A DNA stretch of 64,000 nucleotides from Octopus vulgaris (Eukaryota). Location: contig OX597819.1 in the NCBI GenBank assembly GCA_951406725.2, positions 7,998,001-8,062,000 of the forward strand, read 5' to 3'. Shown piece by piece: positions 1 to 11,335 of the stretch (position 1 is its first letter; each line of letters starts with the position of its first letter). The notes under the pieces are model-generated. The model ran no database searches, was not told the origin of the DNA, and saw nothing but the letters and a program-made list of their open reading frames with translations. The position numbers and the translations under genes are program-made.

Positions 1-155
1 GGTAAAGAAAAAAATTATCAACGACAACGCAAATTGACACATTTAACACATTATTAATTAGCATAATAGCGTATCCTGGGAAAATCATGGATTACATGGA
101 AAAATGCTAGCAAGAGATCTAAAATTCTTAAGAACAGGACATGTTATTACACATG

Positions 156-1358
156 GAAAAGTTCAGGGCAAGTTATTACATCTGGAAAAGTACATAACAA
201 AAAAAAATTACTTAAAATATTGCAAAGAAGGATAAAATTTGAATATTAAAACTTATTTTATTTTAATTTACGAAGTAATATTATAATTAAGAAAGGTGCC
301 ATCATTCTGTTAAAATATTGACATATTAAAAAAATGAGAGCCAGAAGTACAATATAACTAAAGTTTTATGCAAAGTAGAATCGTATAAATGGTAGACAAA
401 TTCATTGTGTAAAAAATAGGTCAAGACTAAAAATGTGAAGACTTGGCAATAACTTGTGCAATAACTCAAGCAAATCTTACTGTGAATTTGTTGTTGTAGG
501 TTGACTTTTACTGTAATATGTAACTATGGAGGCGCAATGGCCCAGTGGTTAGGGCAGCGGACTCGCGGTCGGAGGATCGCGGTTTCGATTCCCAGACCGG
601 GCATTATGAGTGTTTATTGAGCGAAAACACCTAAAAGCTCCACGAGGCTCCGGCAGGGGATGGTGGTGATCCCTGCTGTACTCTTTCACCACAACTTTCT
701 CTCGCTCTTTCTTCCTGTTTCTCTTGTACCTGTATTTCAAAGGGCCGGCCTTGTCACTCTCTGTGTCACGCTGAATATCCCCGAGAACTACGTTAAGGGT
801 ACACGTGTCTGTGGAGTGCTCAGCCACTTGCACGTTAATATCACGAGCAAGCTGTTCCGTTGATCGTATCAGCTGGGACCCTCATCGTCGCAACCGACGG
901 AGTGCTTCTACATAATATGTAACTAATTTTTGTGTTATTGTATTTATTGTACTAACTAATTATGTACGACTATTATTTTTTATAACCTATTTTCTAATTA
1001 ATAATTAATAATTAATAAGTAAAACAATGAATGACTTGAGTATGATTGAGATACAAGTGCAAAAAATATTTTGAGTTATTTTTAATTTTTAATACAAGTA
1101 ACAAGTAAAAATAGATAGAAGTAATATAAACTAATTTTTGTATTATTCTATTTATTGCACTAACTAATTATGTACTATTATTATTTTTTTATAACCTAAT
1201 TTCAAATTTCTAATTATTAATTTTTAGTTTTAATAAAAGCTAATATTTTCTAAATCTAAATATTTTATTTGAAATGTTATCCTTAGCTGCATTATTTTAA
1301 GTAAATCTTTTCTTGTTCTATACTTTACCAGATGTAATAACTTGTGCTGAACTTTTCC
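156..1358. mobile_element. AT-rich fold-back/MITE-like element with ~100-bp imperfect inverted arms, interrupted by a SINE
   Basis: 156-260 (ggaaaagttcagggcaagttattacatctggaaaagta...ttacttaaaatattgca) matches the reverse complement of ~1255-1358; internal ~90-bp direct repeat at ~920-1010 and ~1129-1220. Confidence 0.5.
528..912 (+). mobile_element. tRNA-derived SINE family A, full length
   Basis: Pol III A box (tggcccagtggttagg) and B-like box (ggtttcgattccc); TSD taatatgtaacta at 514-526 and 913-925; near-identical copies elsewhere in window. Confidence 0.93.
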
Positions 1359-1359
1359 G

Positions 1360-2051
1360 GATTTATGTGTACTAAGTTTTAACGTTATAGCTTACTTATG
1401 CTATTTACAGCAGTGTTTAGAAAGAAGGTGTGTAGCGTGTGGTCGTCGCATTGTCAGTGACAGAGGAAGTTGAGCAGATAATCTGCTTCAAATTTTGCCA
1501 AAAGCTTGGCGATGCCTGCTTAAAGTCCCACGCAAAATTTTCAAAAGGTTTTCATCGTTCTCGACACAATCAAGGAGATCTTGTACAACTGAATCCCGAG
1601 TATCTTTTTGGTCAGTTGAAAGCGGTTTTGGCATAAAATTTGAAAACACGCATCTCATACCAAATTCTTCAGTGATAATGGACTGAACTGAACCGTAACT
1701 AATCTGTACATCCTCTGATAAATCACGGATGGTGATTCGACAATTTCTCCCTCACAGCTGCACACACGTCTGCAATGTTTTTCTCTTACACTTCTCTCCA
1801 AACACTTTCTCCAGCTTTGCACAGGCCTCTGAGCAGATATCGCCATGACAACTTCTCTTTCGTGGTCACTGCGACAATCACTCGCTACACACCTTCCTTC
1901 CAAGTACTACTGTAAACAACGGAAGTGAGCTAGAACGTTAAAACAGAGCGCATACACAACAGGGGTCAAAGTTAATCTTTGCTAAGCAATTTTACTCTGT
2001 TTTAGCATTGTCACTATGGCAACAATCTGAATACTTAGTGACCAGACCTCG
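1360..2051 (-). mobile_element. mariner transposon remnant: minus-strand 5' half plus an inverted second 5' fragment
   Basis: Minus strand reads ENIADVCAAVRE/RITIRDLSEDVQISYGSVQSIITEEFGMRCVFSNFMPKPLSTDQK (mariner HTH/WVPHEL region); plus strand from ~1450 reads EVEQIICFKFCQKLG; TIR-like tacttagtgaccagacctcg ending at 2051. Confidence 0.8.
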
Positions 2052-2066
2052 TGTATATATATATGT

Positions 2067-2134
<68 letters not shown>

Positions 2135-2563
2135 TACTCTCTCTTTACTCTTTTACTCTTTTAGTTGTTTCAGTCATTTGACTGCGGCCATGCTGGAGCA
2201 CCGCCTTTAGTCGAGCAAATCGACCCCGGGACTTATTCTTTGTAAGCCCAGTACTTATTCTATCGGTCTCCCTTGCCGAACCGCCAAGTGACGGGAACGT
2301 AAACACACCAGCATCGGTTGTCAAGCAATGCTAGAGGGACAAACACAGATACACAAACATATACACACACATACATACACATATATATATACATATATAC
2401 GACAGGCTTCTTTCAGTTTCCGTCTACCAAATCCACTCACAAGGCTTTGGTCGGCCCGAGGCTATAGCAGAAGACACTTGCCCAAGATGCCACGCAGTGG
2501 GACTGAACCCAGAACCATGTGGTTGGTAGGCAAGCTACTTACAACACAGCCACTCCTGCGCCT
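2135..2563 (-). mobile_element. SINE family B (tRNA head, internal microsatellite, (AAGAGTA)n tail), full length
   Basis: Reverse complement of the ggcgcaggagtggctgtgtggtaag...gactgaaacaagtaaaagagta consensus; embedded in (TA)n. Confidence 0.92.
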
Positions 2564-2776
2564 ATATATATGTATATATATATATACATATGCGTAAAGA
2601 TTATAGCTATCGCCGTGCAATGACTATAAGAGAGATCGTTATAAGTTTTAGGTTTATATAAAGACCATTATTATAAAACCCGACAGCGTATAAACAAAAC
2701 CATTCGCACAGAAATATACATACATACATACATACACTCACACACACACACACACACACACATACATATATATATA

Positions 2777-2841
<65 letters not shown>

Positions 2842-2848
2842 GAATATA

Positions 2849-2898
<50 letters not shown>

Positions 2899-2901
<3 letters not shown>

Positions 2902-4032
2902 GGCCACTTCTATTAACACGCAAATAGTGAGCGGTGTTCCGAAGGGCACTGTTTTGGGACCACTACTCTTCATAATGGCCCTCTCAGACATGCCCTCAGC
3001 CACGCAGAGAGCCACGATCACAAGTTATGCAGATGATACAAAAGTTTCACAGGCAATACAGAGCCCTGAGGACACTAAACGCCTGCAATGTGAGCTGGAC
3101 AAAATATACAAGTGGGCTGAAAAGAATAGCATGCAGTTCAATGCTGAAAAGTTTCAAGCTTTATACTATCAGCATGCAAAACTAAATGCAATACCCAATG
3201 AATACACTGGACCCGGAGGAATTGCAATCCCAGAGGCACAATCAGTGCGTGACCTGGGTATTTACATGAGTGATGACGCAACCTTTCGTGTACATGTTGC
3301 TAAATTGACAATGAAATGTAGACGACTGGCCGGATGGATTCTCAGAACCTTTAGAACAAGAGAACAAGAAACCATGATGGTCCTCTGGAGGACACTTGTC
3401 CTAAGTCACTTTGACTATTGCTCTCAGCTATGGTCACCATCCAGTGTCAAGTTGATCACAGAACTTGAGGCGATCCAACGTAGCTACACGAAGAAGATAG
3501 CCTCTGTGCAGAACATAAGCTACTGGGAAAGACTCAAGAGATTAAAACTCTATTCCTTGGAGCGTAGGCGAGAAAGATATGCCATAATATTCATCTGGAA
3601 GATCTTGGAGGGACTTGTCCCAAACTTTGGCATCGAGAGTTACACAAATGCCAGAACTGGGCGCCACTGCGTGGTGCCTAGGACTCCAAATTTGCCATCA
3701 AGATGTAGGGCAAGATACTGTGATAGCCTGGGCTTCCGAGGCCCACAGCTCTTCAATATCCTCCCGAAGAACCTAAGAGACCTACATGGGGTGGATGCAG
3801 ATGTCTTTAAAATGAAACTGGATCTCTTCTTGTCAGGTATCCCAGATGAACCAACTTCACGGCAGGAGGTGCAGATGAGGGCAGCTGCATCGAACTCTCT
3901 CATGCACCAAATGGCAGTTGCTAAAAAGCATTCGTGAAGTAAAACCATGTAGCAACACCAAATGGCGGTGCCCCAGCATGGCCACAGCTAGAATCAATCA
4001 CAGCTAGAATCAATCAATCAATCAATCAATCA
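2899..4032 (+). mobile_element. 5'-truncated CR1-group LINE: RT C-terminal half, 3' UTR and (ATCA)n tail
   Basis: Uninterrupted frame with [27 protein letters not shown] and [10 protein letters not shown], stop at 3937; short 3' UTR ending in tandem atca repeats; flanked by (TA)n. Confidence 0.9.
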
Positions 4033-5061
4033 ATATATATATATATATATAATGGAGCATATTCGCTCAAAGATTACTCTTCTCTCCTTCATTACTCAGA
4101 ATTTTTCGTTGTATCCGATTCTTTTTGCCATCTGAACGGACTTATATAATGAGAAACTGCCTTCTTCGAGCACACATACACACAAGCGTACACAAAGTCA
4201 TATACATGCATACATGCATACATACAAACATGCATGTATGCATATGATGTTTTTATACGACTGAAACGTCTGGCCAATGTAACAACCCGATCTTTGTATC
4301 CAGGCAGGGCATTGACAGAAGAAATCATTTTTAGTATAAAAACGTTAAATCCTCGTTATTATTTCGATGTAGAACCTGTAAGAAATTCTCATAACATTAA
4401 AAGCCAATATCGGATCGTAACCATGTAATGTGACATCAGTTATATTTCGATGTACTAATCCGTAATAAGTGACAAAAGCCAGAATCATGTAATCATCTGA
4501 TCTATGTCAATATTTATGGAAACAATTGAAATTAAATTATCGAGTGATAAAATATATTAATAACAATATTTTCATGTAGTGTTGGTAAGGTCATTCATAA
4601 AGGCTTTCTTCATACAAAGTTTGAATTAGGGCTCTCTACGGAGTTAAAGAATCTAGATTTTCGATCCTGTGATACAAACTGGCGCCGAATAATATATGCT
4701 GAAATGATAACCCTAATAGAAAAGAAGTATTTGTTGTTCTTTTCTTTTTCCATCGAAAAATTTGATATCAACAGAACATACAAAGGCAAAAACCTACAAA
4801 TATACATACGCGCGTATTCGAAATATGCACATGCATGCATGAACTCACGAACAACTCACAAATATAAGCACATACACAAAATCATATACAAGTACCAAAA
4901 CACACACACACACACACACATACCATACATATACACATACGCATATATACACATACGCATATATGTGCATATTCAAAGATCATTAATGTAATATAACTTA
5001 ATGTAATATAATATCGATCAATTCTTTCTTTTTCCTTTTCTATGTATCCATATGTATGCGT

Positions 5062-5062
5062 A

Positions 5063-5136
<74 letters not shown>

Positions 5137-5290
5137 CCCCTCTCTCTCTCTACCTACCTACCTACCTACCTACCTACCTACCTACCTGTCTGTCTGTCTG
5201 TCTGCCTGCCTGCCTGTCTGTCTATCTATCTATTTATCTATCTAGCTGTCTGTCTGCCTGTCTGTCTGTCTGTTTGTTTATCTGTCTGCA
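5062..5290. repeat. compound tetranucleotide microsatellite (TCTA/CCTA/TCTG)
   Basis: Visible tandem repeats. Confidence 0.95.
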
Positions 5291-5524
5291 TGTACACATC
5301 CATGTATGTATGTACGTATGTAGGGTATGTAGGCATCCATGTATGTGAGCATGAATGCATGTGCGTGCCAACTTGAATCTATGCCACAATGCAGTTGGTT
5401 GATTTCAAGAATGATCGAAGCCCGGATCCTATCACTAGGATTCTCCTTCTCTATTTTTAAACTCTTACGCAATGATAATTACTTTGTTACTTTTGATGTT
5501 TAGCTACAGGGCATCCCTAATAAA

Positions 5525-5909
5525 TCTTTATATATAAAAGTGAGGTTGTGTGCTGTCTGTCTCCTACGATTTAGATTCCTAACTACTCCCACATTTTGCG
5601 GTGCAGTTTAACCCAAACCGGGTATCTTATAGTCGTAATTCATATCGAGCCCTTCTGGGTATTAGCGCGCGTCTACGGTGAGTCTACGATTTAAAAAAAA
5701 AATTACCATCAATTTTTCCCATTTTTAATGCATTTTTGGCATATATAAGGGAAGTAACTCTCTAAAAGTTTATTATTAAATCTCAGAACGTAAAAAGCTA
5801 CAGTAACACCCACCCCCCTTTGTGGTAAACCATATTGAGATGGCTATTATACTTTGCTTATATAGTTATTTCCCTTACAAACCCGAGCAACGCCGGACGA
5901 TACTGCTAG
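5525..5909 (+). mobile_element. non-autonomous Helitron, copy 1
   Basis: 5' TC, 3' CTAG preceded by GC-rich hairpin (cccgagcaacgccgg), inserted between A and T without TSD; two more copies in window. Confidence 0.85.
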
Positions 5910-7471
5910 TCAGATATATATAAGAAAGGGTAATCCAGTCACGTCCATTCGTGTCTTTGGATATCGTGTGCGCCAGACAAGAGGGTCCCTGTGTTGCTGT
6001 TTTCTCCAAACGTTGCCTTGAGATTAAGTTAGCCTATGTTTCAGCTACCGCTAAGCATCTTTATACCCAGGCAGTCTACTTAGGACAATATTATCCAACG
6101 TATCCTCTATCTTTTAAGAAGGTGGATTAATACATGGAGAAATTCGGTTGCTGCAGACTCTCTCGTTGAGACTCTCACGTTGGTTCGCAATTAAATATGC
6201 TTTGTGTATATTGATCCTTTCTCATTCACTGCAGTAACTTTTGTTATTTTTGCAACCTTTTTTTGTTGTTGTCAGTCTTGATATCACTACCTGATATGAC
6301 GTTTCACAGTGATACTAAATATTTTCATACATACAAAATTTACTTACTCATACTCTTTATGGAGTCGTTTGTGATTTTGATCACAGCTTTATTGCTAATG
6401 CTGCTCCATTGATTGATTTTGGACAAAATACTTAAATATATTTTTCGCATAACGAGCATTTGCATTGAAAGTCATAAGATACTAAGAGAGGTTAGAAGAA
6501 AAATATTTAAGATCTTGTTGCTTAGCCCCAAGTCATGTCCAATTCGAAAGCATTTTAGCTGTGAACATTTAGCCTTTACATCCACTGTTAAACTCCGGTA
6601 AATGACTTGAGTATGATTGAGATACATTTGGCTGATATTTCTGGCAAATCCACTCATCATCTAGAGGCTTTCACGTCCCGCATCGATATTTCACTTAATA
6701 GCAATGTATATTTTCTACATATAGATTCGAATTTTAAACTGGGCGAAATAGAGCTGATAAGGCGTAAAACTCCTTATTTCTTCGAGTTACTGGAATAAAA
6801 GACGAAATGTCATTAAATTGTAATTCAACCGCATACCACCATGCCATAAATAAGTAACACAGATGGGTAGTATATACACATGCACACACTGACGTCTATA
6901 CACGCACTCACACTGTCCAGTCAAGAAAACAACACCAATAGATAAAGATATGATGGAATAACTGTAAGTGTTCGGTGACAGAGAAAAATGATGACAACTA
7001 TTACATTAAGCTGTTAAGTCAGGTATTCTTACTTTGTTATTATTGTCCTATCATAAATATGTTGTTATTGTTTATAGCCGTAGATTAACTTTGATAGAGT
7101 TGATTTATGATCAAAGATGAGGCAGTTATGACGACTGTTTTATTTTTTTCAAGCACAATGTAAGACAATATTGCTCTGTATATAATTCTATTATCAAAAC
7201 AACAGAGCATGGTATGCGAGGGATTTGTTTGCTAATTCTTACGGCCCACTTGTTGACTCACGTCCAGAATGGAATCAATATTATCGTTAAGACGCGAAAT
7301 TGCGTTTGATCCACCGGCCTATAACTGATGAGGAATTGATCTTCTGTGTCTGTTTCCCGTCTGTGCATTTATTACATGTTTTTAACTTATTATTTAATGG
7401 AACTCCATGTACGGTTCTTTTGTGTTTTATTATTTTCATACGACGTCTATTCCTCCCTTTCTTTTCTCTCG

Positions 7472-7519
<48 letters not shown>

Positions 7520-7826
7520 CCCTCTGTACACTTCTGTGCTGCTATCTGTTCCTGTTTTTTTGCCACCCCTCTCTGCTCTCTGTGGTTCTCTCTGCCCTCT
7601 ACCACTTTTCTGCCTTCTACTACTGACACGTGACCTGTGATCATCATATTTTCTTCCTTTTCACGCCGACCGCCGGAGCAGCGAGTCGTATTTTCTCTCG
7701 TCTCCCACTCTCTTCACCTTTCGCTGTCTCCCTGTTAATCCTTTGGGATATTCCTCCCGCCGTTAACCATATTTTTGTCTCCTGCCTGGCCTTAGGCCGT
7801 ATTCCGTTTATTTCAGTTTGTTCGTA

Positions 7827-8045
7827 TACTCTTTTCTCTTTTACTCTTTTACTTGTTTCAGTCATTTGACTGCGGCCATGCTGGAGCACCGCTTTTAGTC
7901 GAGCAAATCGACCCCGCGACTTATTCTTTGTAAGCCCAGTACTTATTCTATCGGTCTCTTTTTGCCGAACCGCTAAGTGACGGGGACGTAAACATACCAG
8001 CATCGGTTGTCAAGCAATGCTAGGGGGACAAACACAGGCACACAA

Positions 8046-8119
<74 letters not shown>

Positions 8120-8189
8120 GCATATATACGACAGACTTCTTTCAGTTTCCGTCTACCAAATCCACTCACAAGGCATTGGTCGGCCCGGA
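7827..8189 (-). mobile_element. SINE family B, 5'-truncated
   Basis: Matches family B consensus; head absent. Confidence 0.9.
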
Positions 8190-8226
8190 GAAAGAAGGAA
8201 ACAAAGAGGACGAAAGGTGGAGATAT

Positions 8227-8413
8227 AGGCGCAGGAGTGACTGTGTGGTAAGTAGCTTGCTTACCAACCACATGGTTCCGGGTTCAGTCCCACTGCGTGG
8301 CATCTTGGGCAAGTGTCTTCTGCTATAGCCTCGGGCCGACCAAAGCCTTGTGAGTGGATTTGGTAGACGGAAACTGAAAGAAGCCTGTCTATGTATGTAT
8401 GTATGTATATATG

Positions 8414-8445
<32 letters not shown>

Positions 8446-8664
8446 CGTTTGTGTCTGTGTTTGTTCCCCTAGCATCGCTTGACAACCGATGCTGGTGTGT
8501 TTACGTCCCCGTAACCTAGCGGTTCGGCAAAAAGACCGATAGAATAAGTACTGGGCTTACAAAAAGAATAAGCCCGGGGTCGATTTGCTCGACTAAAGGC
8601 GGTGCTCCAGCATGGCCGCAGTCAAATGACTGAAACAAGTAAAAAAGAGAAGAAAAAAAGAGTA
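8227..8664 (+). mobile_element. SINE family B, full length
   Basis: Matches family B consensus; divergent orientation to the preceding copy. Confidence 0.92.
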
Positions 8665-9148
8665 TGTCGGCTAAAGTGTCCAGGGGCAAAAGTGTTGGTA
8701 TACTCACTAACCTAGATCGGGATGCGTATAGGCATACACACAAACATTCACACACACATATCCGCACATACACCCACACAAAGATGTACAACCACAACAG
8801 AGGGCGCACCCGCTTACTTGGCCAATTTCGGCCGTAATTTTTACATTCTATGTCCGGAAGATAACCACATTAAACGTCACAGTTAATTTAAGATTAGATC
8901 ATTTGACGCATCCTATATCTATATCACTCAGGGTCGATAGTACATTCAACAACTGCAGATAACTAGACACACACATACATGCATATCTAATTATATACAC
9001 ACATGCACACATATACATACACACCCGTACATATACACATGCGTACGTATACACGCACATCTGTACATACACGTATACATATACCAACAACCCCACATGT
9101 ACGCACATGCACATATATACATACACACACTCATCGAGATATACACAC

Positions 9149-9225
<77 letters not shown>

Positions 9226-9228
<3 letters not shown>

Positions 9229-10402
9229 GGGTTGGACAAAATAATGGAAACACCTTAAAATTTCAAACAAATTTATTTTGATATGGGGTAGAACTGCCTT
9301 TGTCAATAATTACAGCTTGAATTCTACGAGGTATGGACTTGTACAAAATTTGAATTGTTTCCAAAAGAATTTTTGTCAATTTTTCAGCTAAAACAGTTTC
9401 CAGTTCTTGTAGTGATAGTGGAGGATATTGACTTCTTACTGGTTTTTCTAAAATGCACCATAAATGTTCAATAATATTGAGATATGGGGACTGTGGTGGC
9501 CAGATAAGATGTTCAACATTAGTTGTGTGCATTGGAACTGTTTCCCTCCGGAAACATTTCTGCAACCGTAGGATGAATTTGATCAGATAAAATGCTTAAA
9601 TAGTCATAACTATTAATTCTGCCATGAAGGGAAACCATTGGCCCGGCTGATTTCCAAGATATATAGCCCCCCTACCCCGATCACCACAGATCCTCCTCCG
9701 TGTGTAGAAGTTGGAAGAAGGCGGTCTGGGTCAAATACTTCTTTTGGCTGTCTCCACACGTATACGCGGCCGGTGGTCGGAAATAAGGAAAGCGATGACT
9801 CGTCCGAGAAAATAACATTCTTCGACTGCTCTAGGAACCAAATCTGTAGTTTTTATTCCACTCTAAACGCTTGCAACGTTTGTCTTTGAAAGTAGTGGTT
9901 TTCTGATAGCAGCCCTTCCGTGAAATCCGACTTTGTGCAACTTCCCGCGAACAGTTTTTGTGGAAACTGGGTTCTCGAGGTGATCATTAAACTCTGCAAT
10001 AATTTTGGGAGCTGTAATTTTGTGATCCTTTCTAACAATTCGCATAAGAGACCGACGGTCCCTATCTGAAAGTTTTGCGACGAGAAGGTTTTTTCCCTTT
10101 TTCTCATTACTTTCGAGACAGTTCTTCTTGATACACCAAACATTTCGGCTGTTTTCGTTACGCTAGCGCCTGCCATACGAGTACCAAAAATTTGATCTCT
10201 TTGAAAGTCCGATAAATCTGTCATTTTAATGAATTTTAATTGCCTTTTTCTGATGATACCTGTCTGAAAAGAAAAAGCAATTTTAGCAAAACATATTAAG
10301 CAACACTAATAAGAAATAAATATAAATAAAAATAAACAAGCTTTTGGCATTTTTATAGATATTTCAAAATTATGATGCTATGATGCTAGGTGTTTCAATT
10401 AT
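9226..10402 (-). mobile_element. Tc1-like DNA transposon with frameshifted transposase
   Basis: TA|caggggttggacaaaataatggaaacacc terminus; partial inverted copy ggtgtttcaattat at 10389-10402; ORF pieces MTDLSDFQRDQIFG (paired-like HTH), GFHGRAAIRKPLLS, WPPQSPYLNIIEHLW. Confidence 0.9.
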
Positions 10403-10636
10403 ATAAGGAAAGAATATTCAGATGTCATAAAGACATTATTGTCAATATTACCTGCAGTAATCAATATATTTACTGCAGATAATATTAACAATAATAATGT
10501 CTTTATGAATATTCACATCAGAAAATTCCCTCCTTATTGAAACATTTGCGCTGAGGTAGTTCTGATTTTGGCGCAAAACAAATCAGAACGCAGCCAGAGA
10601 TCAGCATGATGTGTTTTTAATGTTTTCCTCTCGGTA

Positions 10637-10692
10637 TGTCCTGCTGAAAAGGTTTGACGCCCACGGTCCAAAACTTGAAACCATGGTAGACG
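10637..10692 (+). ncRNA. hammerhead ribozyme-like motif (type I, core CUGCUGA)
   Basis: tgtc-CTGCTGA-stem II (aaggttt/aaaactt)-GAAAC-catg-GTA-gacg; stem I pairs, palindromic stem III. Confidence 0.55.
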
Positions 10693-10912
10693 AATATCCG
10701 AATGTGAGTATCTTTAACGGTAAGCTTTTTGTTCTTTAACCGCTTACTGTTGTTCAGTTATATTTTCAGTGATTTTCGATGGTTTATGGGGTTTTTGACT
10801 CCGATTTCTAAACAGGTTAGACACCGAGTGCACCCTTATGCTTAGTGGTAATTTTAATTTTGTAGCTATTTGATACTACTTCATACCTGTAACCATCTAT
10901 ATTATTGTTGTG

Positions 10913-11255
10913 TGTCACCTTGGACAAGTGTCTTCTACGATAGCCTCGGACAGAGCAAAGACTTGAGAGTGAATTTGATGGACGGAAACTGAAAGAAGCC
11001 CGTCGTATATATATATATATGTATGTATGTATATCTATGTGTGTGTCTCTGTTTGTCCCACTCCATTACCACATGACAACTGGTGTTGGTGTGTTTGTGT
11101 GTCCGTAACTTAGCGCTCCGCCAAAAGAGATCGATAGAATAAGTACCAGGCTTAAAAAATAAGTACTCAGACCTACTTATTCGACTAAAAATTCACGGTG
11201 TTGCTCCTGCTTGGCCGCAGTCAAATGACTGAAACAGGTAGCAAATAAAAGGTAA
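10913..11255 (+). mobile_element. older diverged SINE family B relative
   Basis: caccttggacaagtgtcttct...gacggaaactgaaagaagcccgtcgta...ggccgcagtcaaatgactgaaac. Confidence 0.8.
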
Positions 11256-11301
11256 AAGATACACAAAGATGCGTGCATACATGCGTGTATTCTTGTGTGT
11301 C

Positions 11302-11335
<34 letters not shown>

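Noticed and set aside
528-600. tRNA gene-like sequence
   Set aside because: It is the head of a multicopy SINE with body, tail and TSD.
660-863. Recurrent small ORFs (MVVIPAVLFHH..., [10 protein letters not shown]...)
   Set aside because: They recur only because the SINE copies are similar; disrupted in other copies.
7290-7345. GAAA...CTGATGA permuted hammerhead candidates (also ~18020-18060 and ~53558-53600)
   Set aside because: Could not form stems II and III around the cores.
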